A stretch of 64,000 nucleotides of DNA from an uncultured Actinomycetes bacterium. Its GTDB lineage: Bacteria; Actinomycetota; UBA4738; HRBIN12. Of the stretch, positions 52,858 through 63,222 are shown piece by piece. The stretch is from positions 480,001 to 544,000 of the forward strand of contig CAVPIB010000004.1 in the NCBI GenBank assembly GCA_963704885.1. The letters are read 5' to 3'. How positions within the stretch are numbered: the stretch's first letter is position 1; each line of letters starts with the position of its first letter. The notes under the pieces were generated by a model. The model saw nothing but the letters and a program-made list of their open reading frames with translations, did not search any database and had not been told where the DNA came from. Position numbers and translations under genes: made by a program.

Positions 52858-53502
52858 GTGTGGTGGAGCGTCGCCGCGGGGACCGTGGGTTCGATCGCGA
52901 GGGCCGGCTTCAACATCCGCATCACGGGCCAGGAACAGATCCCCCGTCGTGGGGGCGCGCTGCTCGTCTACAACCATGTGAGCGTCATCGACGCGATCTT
53001 CGTCGCGATCCCCGCGCTACGCCGGGACCGGATCATCCGTTGCTTCGCGCTCGCCGAGGACTTCGAGCGGCCGATGATGGGACGGGCGCTGCGCGGCTTG
53101 GGCCAGGTCCCGATCCGTCGCGGCGCAGGCGCCTGGGATCCACTGGAGGAGATGGCGGGCGTGATCCGCGAGGGTTGGCTGGGCGGGATCGCGCCGGAGG
53201 GCACGGTCGGAACGGGCGAGGATCTTCTTCCCATCCAGAAGGGTCCGGCCCGGATCGCGCTGCTGGCGGGATGCCGGGTGATCCCGGTCGGCCTGTGGGG
53301 CCCCCAGCGCCGTTACCCCAAGGCCGGGCTTCACTTCAAGGCGCCGCTCAGACCAACCCTCGGCGTGGCGTTCGGCCCGCCGATCCAGGCGGAGGGGGAC
53401 CCGAAGCATCGGCCGGACGTGCAGGCGCTCACGGATCGCATCGGCGAGGCCCTGCGCGAACAGGTGGAGGTCGCTCGCCGCCTGGCACCCGCTACGACCT
53501 AG
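52858..53502 (+). CDS. Lysophospholipid acyltransferase family protein
   Basis: NHVSVID, APEGT; start uncertain. Confidence 0.82.
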   Translation: MWWSVAAGTVGSIARAGFNIRITGQEQIPRRGGALLVYNHVSVIDAIFVAIPALRRDRIIRCFALAEDFERPMMGRALRGLGQVPIRRGAGAWDPLEEMAGVIREGWLGGIAPEGTVGTGEDLLPIQKGPARIALLAGCRVIPVGLWGPQRRYPKAGLHFKAPLRPTLGVAFGPPIQAEGDPKHRPDVQALTDRIGEALREQVEVARRLAPATT

Positions 53503-54169
53503 CGCTGGACGCCCCCCGCAGGAACCGGTCCACCAGGGAGTCGGCGCGCACTCCCGCATCGCCTTCTCGCGCCCGGGTCTCCTCGAGGACTGCGGCGGGC
53601 TCTATCCCGGCCCGGCGGAAGTCCGAGTCGTCGTGATCGAGCCAAGCCGCGACCATCGACGCGGTCGCCTCGGGATGGAACTGCACGCAGAGGTGAGGAC
53701 CAAGCTCGTATGCCTGGACCCCGTTCGGTGTCCGGGCGATCGGCGTCGCGCCCGGGGGCAGATCGAACGTGTCCCCGTGCCACATGAACCACGGACCGAC
53801 CGGTATCGTTGCCGGGTCGACGGTCTCGACCTCGCGCCATCCGACCTCGTGGTCGTCGGCCGGGCGTGCACGTCCGCCCATGGCCTGCGCGAACGCCTGC
53901 GCGCCGAAGCAGATACCGAACACCGGCACGTGGTGCTCAACGGCGTCACGGATCGCGGCGAGCGCCCCCTCGATCCATGGGGCAACGTGCTCGCCGTAGA
54001 CGGACCACGGCGCGCCCATCACCAGGACGGCATCGAACGCCTCGGCGTTCGGTGGTCGGCCTTCCTCGGACAGCACGTGATCGACGAGCACCGCGCCGCG
54101 ATCCGACAGCGCCTCGCCTACGTGACCGGCGAGCGAGAGCCGGTGAGGCTTGAGGACGAGCGCCTTCAT
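53492..54169 (-). CDS. Class I glutamine amidotransferase (possible gamma-glutamyl hydrolase)
   Basis: GICFGAQ, WHGD, QFHPE catalytic triad. Confidence 0.88.
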   Translation of the reverse strand: MKALVLKPHRLSLAGHVGEALSDRGAVLVDHVLSEEGRPPNAEAFDAVLVMGAPWSVYGEHVAPWIEGALAAIRDAVEHHVPVFGICFGAQAFAQAMGGRARPADDHEVGWREVETVDPATIPVGPWFMWHGDTFDLPPGATPIARTPNGVQAYELGPHLCVQFHPEATASMVAAWLDHDDSDFRRAGIEPAAVLEETRAREGDAGVRADSLVDRFLRGASSARS

Positions 54170-54191
54170 GTCGTCCGGAAACCGGCGACGA

Positions 54192-54614
54192 TCAGACGGC
54201 CTTCACCCGGGCCCCATGCCTCGTCGTACAGCTCGTTGGCCTAGCCCAGGTCTTCAGTGAACCGTAGCGCCTCCAACGCTTCCGGCAGCGGAAAGATGAC
54301 CGGGTTCTCGAGCACCTCGAAGGGGATGAACTCCCTCGCCGTCTCGTTCCCGGTATCGACCTGGCTCGGCCTTCGACGGGCATCATGGTGGTCATCTCAG
54401 CCACCATGAGGGCGGTCGGGAGACTCCAGATGATCGGGGTGATGCCGAAGAGGAGCAGCCCCATCCCAGCCCCGCTCTCGCCGATCGTGTCTTCCAGACC
54501 GTACGGTCCGCCCGAAACCGAGAAGAAGATGATGCCGACGAGCGCGAGCTTGTGTGGAACTTCGCGGATCGCTACGCAGGGTCGTTCGGCCGGCTCTTCA
54601 GCCACGATCGCCAT
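54192..54614 (-). pseudogene. Chimeric remnant: APC permease N-terminus joined to polyamine-binding protein C-terminus
   Basis: VSGGPYGLED..WSLPTALMVAEMTTMMPVEG, then in another frame TGNETAREFI..LENPVIFP..EDLG*ANELYDEAW. Confidence 0.7.
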
Positions 54615-54673
54615 GTACCCCCTCCCGATGGTCGGCGTTGTGTACCACAGCCTCGCCGACGTGCGCTAGTCCC

Positions 54674-56083
54674 TCAAGCGCCCAGGAGGTAGGCCACCAT
54701 GTCGGCGGCCGAATAGGCATGATGGTCCGGGCCTAGGAGGCGGCCCAGCTCCTCGAGGTCGTTCCCGGCCGTCACGATCGGAGGCTCCTCGACCCCCTGC
54801 CGACGCTGCCCCAGGCCGACCGCCGCGGTCAGGCCGTTGCAGATGCACTTGCGGCTCGCCGCGTCGGACGGGTTGCCACCCTTGCGCACATAGTCCTCGA
54901 TAGGCTCCGCCGGGCAGCGGTAGCCGAGACGCCCGTCGGGAGCCACGTACACCTCGCGGAGATACCCGAGGTCGCACCGGCGCTCGCGCGCCTCCACGAC
55001 GTCGTCGTCCGAGAGCGTGCCCTCGAGCGCCACCACCTTGAACGGGAACCCGGTGGGAGAGGCCAGAGGATCGGTGAAGACCGTGACCCGGCAGGCCTCC
55101 GCTTCGGCGAGCACCCGTGCGCGGATCTCGGGCGCCATGCCCGAGTCCTCGCAGAACGCGAACGCCGTGCCCACCTGGATGCCCGCCGCGCCGCTGTGCT
55201 GCGCGCGCCGCAACCGCTCGGGCGTAGCCTGCCCGCCCGCGAGCCAGAACGGGAGCCCGAGCTCTCGGATCTTCTCGAGGTCGACCTCGTCCCGCAGTCC
55301 GTACAAGGGCTCGCCGCCGACGAGCCCGCCCGCACCCCGCGGCGGCGCGTTGTGGCCTCCGGCCGTCGGCCCCTCTATCACGAACCCGTCGACGCCCCGG
55401 GTCTTGCGAGCGAGGCTGATGGCGAGGGCCGTCGAGGCGATGATCGCCAGGAACATCGGGCGCGCCACCGGCGCGCCCGGAGCCGGCACCACGCTCCGCG
55501 GGTCGAACCGGAGGGCAACCCCGTCGCCGTCTGCGACGTGCAGCGGCAGCTCGACGGGTTCGTGCGTGGCGAGGCCGTCGAGCAGCCGCGGGATCTCGCG
55601 CGGGATCCCGGCGCCCACCAGCACGACATCGACACCCGCGACCATCGCCCCGTACAGCGTCGGCGGCGTCGGCATCTGGATCTTCTCGAGGAAGTTGATC
55701 CCCACTATCCCGTCGTGCCCCTCCTTCGCGAGCCACACCTCCACGAACCCGCCCATCGTGGCGAGGTCGAGGCTCCGACGGTGCGGCTCGGCGGTGAACA
55801 CCGGCACGGCCTTGAACGACCGGCCGTCGTCGATCCCACCCTCCACGAAGTAGCCGGCGAGTATCCGCTCGGCCACGGCGGGGGCGGGGAAGGCCGCCAT
55901 GGCCCGCCGGACGTCGCCTTCGGGGTCGCCGAGCTGCAGCCGGCGGGCGAGCACCATGTCGAGAGCCGTGCCGGACACCACCCCGAGCTGACCGGTCCGC
56001 GAGACCGCGCGAGCGAGCTGCCAGCCTGAGACGGCCACGCCCATCCCGCCTTGGATGATCGCCGGCGCGACCCTCATGCTCAT
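54674..56083 (-). CDS. Nitronate monooxygenase/FabK-like flavoprotein
   Basis: IIQGGMG, GAGIP, EGPTAGGHN, LAGG, QVGTAF, CICNGL. Confidence 0.85.
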   Translation of the reverse strand: MSMRVAPAIIQGGMGVAVSGWQLARAVSRTGQLGVVSGTALDMVLARRLQLGDPEGDVRRAMAAFPAPAVAERILAGYFVEGGIDDGRSFKAVPVFTAEPHRRSLDLATMGGFVEVWLAKEGHDGIVGINFLEKIQMPTPPTLYGAMVAGVDVVLVGAGIPREIPRLLDGLATHEPVELPLHVADGDGVALRFDPRSVVPAPGAPVARPMFLAIIASTALAISLARKTRGVDGFVIEGPTAGGHNAPPRGAGGLVGGEPLYGLRDEVDLEKIRELGLPFWLAGGQATPERLRRAQHSGAAGIQVGTAFAFCEDSGMAPEIRARVLAEAEACRVTVFTDPLASPTGFPFKVVALEGTLSDDDVVEARERRCDLGYLREVYVAPDGRLGYRCPAEPIEDYVRKGGNPSDAASRKCICNGLTAAVGLGQRRQGVEEPPIVTAGNDLEELGRLLGPDHHAYSAADMVAYLLGA

Positions 56084-57234
56084 CCCCATAGGCGGTCGGC
56101 GACTCTACCCACCCGATCGAGCTTGCGCCACTGGGTGTCCTCGTCGGTTTCGTTGCCCACTATCACGCTCGCGAACCCGCATTGCGGGCTGATCGCGAGA
56201 CGATCCATGCCGCCGACGATACCCGCAGCTTCCTCCATACGGCGCACCAGGCCGTCTTCGTCCTCCAGCTCCCGGACTTTCGACGAGATGATGCCCATAA
56301 CCATCACGCCGCCGTCGCGCAGGAACCGGATGGGCTCGAAGCCACCGTCGCGCCCGCGGTCATCCCACTCGACCAGGAACGTGTCGAAGGGCAGCTCGCC
56401 GAACACGCGCTCGGCCACCGGCTCCAACGAGCCTTCACACATCCACGAGGAGCGGAAGTTCCCGCGGCAGATGTGCAGTCCGACCGTGATGTCGTCAGGG
56501 ATCCCCTGGAGCACGGCGACGTCGGCAGCGATCGCCCGGTCGATCAGTTGGGCAATCCCATGGCCCGCAGCCTCGAACCGCTCGATCCATGCAGGGTCGA
56601 CCAGATAGGGGTAAAGCGGGAAGTCGAATTGGATGTAGCGGGCGCCGGCTGCGATCGCCTCTGCGACCAGGACGCGCTCGATCCGGACGGCATCCTCAAC
56701 GAACGCATCGAGGCTCCCGTACCCGCCGCCATCGAGACCGGCCACCGTGGTGAACGGATGCGTGAAGATCGAGGCTGCCGGAAACGTCACCTTGAACGGG
56801 TGACCGCCCGAGGTCTCGGACATGAACGCAGCCTCACGCGCCGCGGGCGAGTCGATCGCGCGCAGCCGCCCCACGATCTCGTGGATGTTCAACTGCACGT
56901 CCTCGCCCCGATCGTTGCGGAACGTCACGGTCTTGCCGGTCCGCACGCCCTCGACCGCGTCGTAGAACGAGTTCATGAACATCCACCGCCGGAACTCTCC
57001 GTCGGTCAGCACATCGAGCCCGCAGTCGATCTGCCGCTGGATGGCCGCTCGGATCGCCTCGTCTTCCATGGCGGTCAACTCGGAACGGTCACGCGTGCGC
57101 TCCACGTCGAGAGCCGAGGAATGGCCAGGGTCGTAGAAAGCCTCGACGGCTGCACGGAGCTTGGGCGGCCGGAGGAGCGAGCCGACCGTCTCAGCGCGCG
57201 ACGGGCGGCGTGGAGTGTTGGCGGGCCCGCTCAC
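56080..57234 (-). CDS. Cobalamin-independent methionine synthase II-like (single-barrel, YxjH-like) protein
   Basis: VGSLLRP, TDGEFRR, HICRGN, SPQCGFAS Zn ligands. Confidence 0.85.
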   Translation of the reverse strand: MSGPANTPRRPSRAETVGSLLRPPKLRAAVEAFYDPGHSSALDVERTRDRSELTAMEDEAIRAAIQRQIDCGLDVLTDGEFRRWMFMNSFYDAVEGVRTGKTVTFRNDRGEDVQLNIHEIVGRLRAIDSPAAREAAFMSETSGGHPFKVTFPAASIFTHPFTTVAGLDGGGYGSLDAFVEDAVRIERVLVAEAIAAGARYIQFDFPLYPYLVDPAWIERFEAAGHGIAQLIDRAIAADVAVLQGIPDDITVGLHICRGNFRSSWMCEGSLEPVAERVFGELPFDTFLVEWDDRGRDGGFEPIRFLRDGGVMVMGIISSKVRELEDEDGLVRRMEEAAGIVGGMDRLAISPQCGFASVIVGNETDEDTQWRKLDRVGRVADRLWG

Positions 57235-57614
57235 CCGCCGATCCTAAAGGGCTGGCGGCACACGGCGAGTCTGGTCGAAACCGGTCACGTGGAGCAGGTT
57301 AGGCGTTCCTGACCGGCTCCTTTGAGCAAGAAGGCGGACGGACAGCACCCACAAGATGAAACCCACGCCGACCAGCATCCCACGCTCTGACCGGGCGAGG
57401 GCTCAGATGCACCCCTTCACCCGCTCTCGAGCACCCTGACCTGCGGACTTGGAACCGAGACCGATCGTACCTCCGCCCGAAAGCCGATCGACGAAGGTTC
57501 CCTTCAAGGTCAACAGGAGTCGCTCCGATATGTAGGGAGACAGGCATCGCATCGCCGCCTGCGCAGAACGAGAAGGGGGCGCGAAGGGCTCCCATGGAAA
57601 CGAGGAGTGTCGTC

Positions 57615-59105
<1,491 letters not shown>

Positions 59106-59208
59106 GGGACCGCGCGAGCGAAACCACCGCGGCCCTCGGAGGAGGGCCCCGATGGTCTTCTCCGCAACCTGCGAGGGTCCCCGCCTTGCCGTCTTGGCCG
59201 CAGTGTAG

Positions 59209-60387
59209 TCACGCCGGATCCCAGCGCACCCACGTGGAGTCCGGCGCGCGGAACTCCCAGCCGGACAGCGTGACCGGCCGTTCAGGATCCAGCCTGAGGT
59301 TGGGCAGGCGGTCCAGCAGGATCTCGAGCGACACGCGCGCCAGGTGCAGGCCGAACCAAGCCCCCAGGCAGAAGTGTGTGCCGGCCGAGAACGCCATATG
59401 CGCTCCCTCCTTCCGGTGGATGTCGAACCGGTCGGGTTCTGTGAAGCGTTCCGGATCCCGGTTGGCCGACGTGAGCACCGCACCTATCAGATCACCCGCC
59501 GCCAGCTGCACCCCGGCAAGCTCGGTCGCCCTCGTCATCTGCCGGGTGGCGGTGCCCACCGGCCCCACCCACCGCAGCGTCTCCTCCACGGCCGGCTTGA
59601 TCAACGCGTGGTTCAGACGGACCTCGTCAAGCTGCTCCGGGTGCGTTCCCAGGGCCCAGATCACTAGAGCGATGATGTCGCGTGGCTCCTGCAGCCCGCC
59701 GGAGAGCATGAGCTTGGTGTTCGCGACGATCTCCCCGCGGGTCATGCGATCGCCGTCCGCCTCGTGGTGGAGCATCCACGACAACACCGAGCCGTCTGGT
59801 TCGTCCTCGAGACGGTCCAAGACGCGCTCGATGGCCTGCCCCAGCTCGGCGCTGGCCGCATCGGCCGGCGCCTGCTTATCGGGGTTGCCCTCGAAGTTAG
59901 CCAGGCCGGGCATCATCCCCTGATTCCAGCGAAGCAGATCCTCCCAGGGGACCTCGTCCAAGCCGAGCATGAAGCGCAACGCCCGCACGGACATAGGGTC
60001 GGCGTAGGCCGTGAACAGATCCACTTGGCCACGATCCGCGAAAGAGCCCACCAGCTCGTGAGCGAGCTTGGGGATCATGCCTTGGGTCCGCTCCTCAACA
60101 TCCCGCGGACGGAACGGAACCTCGGTGATACGCCGGATCCGTTCCTGGTCCGGACCCTCCGAGCCCAACATGTTCTTGCCCATGGTTCGGTTGAGCGTGG
60201 ACGGATCGGTTTCGGCCGTGAATAGGTCGGGGGTCATCACCACCGCGCGGACGTCGTCGTGGCGCGTTACCAACCAGAGCTGGACGGCTGGGACCCAGCT
60301 CACGGGCTCCTCAACGCGCAGGCGCGCATAGATGGGGTAGGGGTCTCGCTCCAGTTCTTCCAGCGTGATCGAGTCGCCGACCGTCAA
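59209..60387 (-). CDS. Cytochrome P450 with GGLQEP I-helix (GcoA/CYP255- or VirH2-like)
   Basis: DPYPIY, EETLRW, FSAGTHFCLG heme Cys; TTG start after GGGAGG. Confidence 0.9.
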   Translation of the reverse strand: MTVGDSITLEELERDPYPIYARLRVEEPVSWVPAVQLWLVTRHDDVRAVVMTPDLFTAETDPSTLNRTMGKNMLGSEGPDQERIRRITEVPFRPRDVEERTQGMIPKLAHELVGSFADRGQVDLFTAYADPMSVRALRFMLGLDEVPWEDLLRWNQGMMPGLANFEGNPDKQAPADAASAELGQAIERVLDRLEDEPDGSVLSWMLHHEADGDRMTRGEIVANTKLMLSGGLQEPRDIIALVIWALGTHPEQLDEVRLNHALIKPAVEETLRWVGPVGTATRQMTRATELAGVQLAAGDLIGAVLTSANRDPERFTEPDRFDIHRKEGAHMAFSAGTHFCLGAWFGLHLARVSLEILLDRLPNLRLDPERPVTLSGWEFRAPDSTWVRWDPA

Positions 60388-60456
60388 GATGCCTCCCGAG
60401 GCTCGGTGGAGATGGGTATCTTGGGCCCGAAGGATCCAGGCGCGCAAGGAGGGTCG

Positions 60457-61764
60457 ATGGACACCAAGGGCAAGCGGCTCAGGCTCCTCTACCCCGATCT
60501 CCACGGCCTCGAACGCGGCAAGTACCTGTTCGGCGAGAGCGCCCAAGCCGGGATCGCGGCCTTCTGCGTCGGCGTGTACCCGCTCACGCACGACAAGGAG
60601 ATCCTTCCGGTCCCGCGGACGCAGTTCGACGTGGGCCTGCACGACGTGGAGGCGACCCTCGATCGAGACACGCTGCGTCCGAGCTGGGAGCCGGAGACCG
60701 TCATAGGGATCGCTGACCTGGAGTCCCACGGAGAGCCCGCGCCGTGGGACTCTCGCCATGTGCTTCGGCAGGCGGTCGAGGCGTGGCGTCAGATGGGCCT
60801 GGAGCCGCAGCTGGCATTCGAGCTGGAGTTCTACCTCCTGGAGCCCGACGGCGGTGGCGGGTGGCGACCGGTGGCGGTGCCGTCACACCGCGTGTACGGA
60901 ACCGGCATGTCCGTCGACCCCGAAGGGGTGATCGACGACATCGTGACGGCGGCTCTCGCCATCGGTTTGCCGGTGGAGAGCTGGTGCAGCGAGTTCGACA
61001 ACGCCGCCTACGAGGTGAACATCAAGTACGCCGACGCCATACCGGCAGCCGACGAGGCGTTCCTGTTCAAGCTGCTCGTTCGGGAAGTGTGTGAGCGGCG
61101 AGGCAAGCTCGCCACGTTCCTCGGAAGGCCGTTCGACGATCGAGGTGGGAGTGGCCTGCACGTGAACTTCTCGTTCCGCCGCCCCGACGGGTCCAACGCC
61201 TTCCACGATCCCAACGACCCTGAGGGCCTGTCCGAACTCACGCGGAGGTGCATCGCAGGGCTGCTGGCACATCACCAAGGCATGGCGGCGATCCTTGCGC
61301 CCCACGTGAACGCCTACAAGCGGTTGCAGCCCGACATGCTGAACGGCTACTGGGCGAACTGGGGTCATGACGACCGCAGCGTCACCGTACGGGTCCCTCC
61401 CGCTCGTGGGGCCGCCACCCGGCTGGAGCAACGCACGTCCGACGCCGCCGCCAACCCATACCTGGCCGCCGCCGCAGTCCTTCACGCGGCGCGCCTGGGA
61501 GTGGAGCACGACCTGGAGCTGCCACCGCCCCAGCCGGTCGCAGGCGAGCCCAACACCGATGTGCGGATCCCGGGAAACCTGGAGGCTGCCCTGAACGCCC
61601 TGGCCAACGACACCGAGCTGGTGGACGCCATGGGGCGCGAGGTTGTCGATGCGTTCACGATCTTGAAGCGTGCCGAATGGGAACGGTACCTGGCCTCTGG
61701 GGCCGACCCACTCATCACCGACGTGACCGACTGGGAACTCAGGTACTACCTTCCCTTCCACTGA
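60457..61764 (+). CDS. Glutamine synthetase-like (gamma-glutamylamide ligase family)
   Basis: DLHGLERGK, ELEFYL, GSGLHVNFS, NAYKRL, WGHDDR, ANPYLA. Confidence 0.88.
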   Translation: MDTKGKRLRLLYPDLHGLERGKYLFGESAQAGIAAFCVGVYPLTHDKEILPVPRTQFDVGLHDVEATLDRDTLRPSWEPETVIGIADLESHGEPAPWDSRHVLRQAVEAWRQMGLEPQLAFELEFYLLEPDGGGGWRPVAVPSHRVYGTGMSVDPEGVIDDIVTAALAIGLPVESWCSEFDNAAYEVNIKYADAIPAADEAFLFKLLVREVCERRGKLATFLGRPFDDRGGSGLHVNFSFRRPDGSNAFHDPNDPEGLSELTRRCIAGLLAHHQGMAAILAPHVNAYKRLQPDMLNGYWANWGHDDRSVTVRVPPARGAATRLEQRTSDAAANPYLAAAAVLHAARLGVEHDLELPPPQPVAGEPNTDVRIPGNLEAALNALANDTELVDAMGREVVDAFTILKRAEWERYLASGADPLITDVTDWELRYYLPFH

Positions 61765-62353
61765 CGGACGGCTCGTGCTTGCCTGCTTCCCAATGCTCCC
61801 GGTATCGATCGGTGGCGAACCCTAGAGGGGTTTCCTCCAGCTCCGTCGCCATCGTGTCGTTCCACCGGTTCAGGAACCCGAACAGACCTACCACCGCCAA
61901 GATCTCCACGATCTGGCCGTCGTCCCAGTGCTTAAGCAGCTCCTCGAAATGCGCAGGCGTCACCTCGTTCGGCACTAGGGAGGCATCTCGAGCGAACCGG
62001 AGCGCGGCCCGCTCACCGTCGTCATACAGCGGTGAGCGCTCGAAGTCCCAGATCGCCGCGATCTTGCCGTCGTCCACGCCGCGCATCTTCGCGTCGACGG
62101 CCTCGTGCGCTTGGCAGTAGCGGCACCCGGCGGCAACGCTCGACACGATCCCCACCAACGGTTTCAGTGACATAGGCAGCGTCCCGGTCCGCCAGATCTG
62201 GGTGATCAGCTCGCTGAAGGCCCTCAGGATCTCGGGCCGCCGCGCCATCGTGAACAGGCTGTTGGGCACGAACGAGAGCGTGTCGTCGTACCGTTGGAAC
62301 AGCTCTTCGAGCTCGGGATGGTCCTGCCGACGGAGCGGCTCCATGTTCGCCAT
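61739..62353 (-). CDS. Carboxymuconolactone decarboxylase/AhpD-like protein
   Basis: GCRYCQAH, ERAALRFA, FLNRWNDT. Confidence 0.85.
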   Translation of the reverse strand: MANMEPLRRQDHPELEELFQRYDDTLSFVPNSLFTMARRPEILRAFSELITQIWRTGTLPMSLKPLVGIVSSVAAGCRYCQAHEAVDAKMRGVDDGKIAAIWDFERSPLYDDGERAALRFARDASLVPNEVTPAHFEELLKHWDDGQIVEILAVVGLFGFLNRWNDTMATELEETPLGFATDRYREHWEAGKHEPSVSGREGST

Positions 62354-62424
62354 CGGGCCTCCAGTGGCTCGTTCGATCGGTCCCGGATACGGCAGACTAT
62401 GCCGAACTACGGGCGGGGGTCCCG

Positions 62425-63222
62425 ATGCGACTGGCGAACAAGGTGGCGCTCATCAGCGGCGGTGGATCCGGCATCGGGGCCGCGACCGCCCGACTCTTCG
62501 CGCGGGAGGGTGCGAAGGTGGTCGTCACCGGCAGGCGTCCCCAACCCATCAAGGCGGTCGCCGCAGAGGTCGAAGGCGTTGCGATCGCCGGCGATACGAG
62601 CGACCCGGCGCATGCCGCCGAGGCCGTTGCCGCCGCGGTCTCGACGTTCGGCGGGCTCGACGTGGTCGTGGCCAACGCCGGGTTTGGGCTCGGCGGCTCG
62701 GTGGGCGACGTTGACGAGGAGAGCTGGCAGCGCACGCTGGACGTGAACCTGACCGGCCCGATGGTGCTGACGAGGGCTGCCCTCCCGGTGTTGATCGAGC
62801 GCGGTGGCGGATCGATCATCCTGGTGTCGAGCGTCTCGGGCCTGGTGGCCGCCACCGACTCCGCCGCCTACGTCACTTCCAAGGCCGGCCTTCTCGGCCT
62901 TGCCCGCTCGATCGCCGTCGACTACGGGCCTAGAGGGATCCGCGCCAACGCACTGTGTCCGGGCTGGGTGAGCACGCCCATGGGCGACGAGGAGATGGAC
63001 GGGTTGGCGGCCACCTTGGGCACCGACCGCCAAGGGGCTTACGATCTGGCCACCGCCGAGGTCCCGCTGCGGCGCGCGGCCACTGCAGAGGAGATCGCCT
63101 CGTGCTGCCTCTTCTTGGCCTCGGACGACTCGTCGATCGTGACGGGCGCGATACTCGTCGCGGACGGCGGCGGCCTGGCGGTCGACCTTTCCAGCACGGC
63201 GTTCTCGAGGATCGGCACATGA
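62425..63222 (+). CDS. Short-chain dehydrogenase/reductase
   Basis: GGGSGIG, NAG, YVTSK, CPGWV. Confidence 0.92.
   Translation: MRLANKVALISGGGSGIGAATARLFAREGAKVVVTGRRPQPIKAVAAEVEGVAIAGDTSDPAHAAEAVAAAVSTFGGLDVVVANAGFGLGGSVGDVDEESWQRTLDVNLTGPMVLTRAALPVLIERGGGSIILVSSVSGLVAATDSAAYVTSKAGLLGLARSIAVDYGPRGIRANALCPGWVSTPMGDEEMDGLAATLGTDRQGAYDLATAEVPLRRAATAEEIASCCLFLASDDSSIVTGAILVADGGGLAVDLSSTAFSRIGT

Noticed and set aside
52783-52860. Stop-codon readthrough fusion of FAH and the acyltransferase (same frame, one TGA)
   Set aside because: One-in-three chance of being in frame, unrelated functions, and no recoding signal seen
57235-57600. SAM or cobalamin riboswitch upstream of the MetE-like gene
   Set aside because: No recognisable consensus by eye; an Infernal search would be needed
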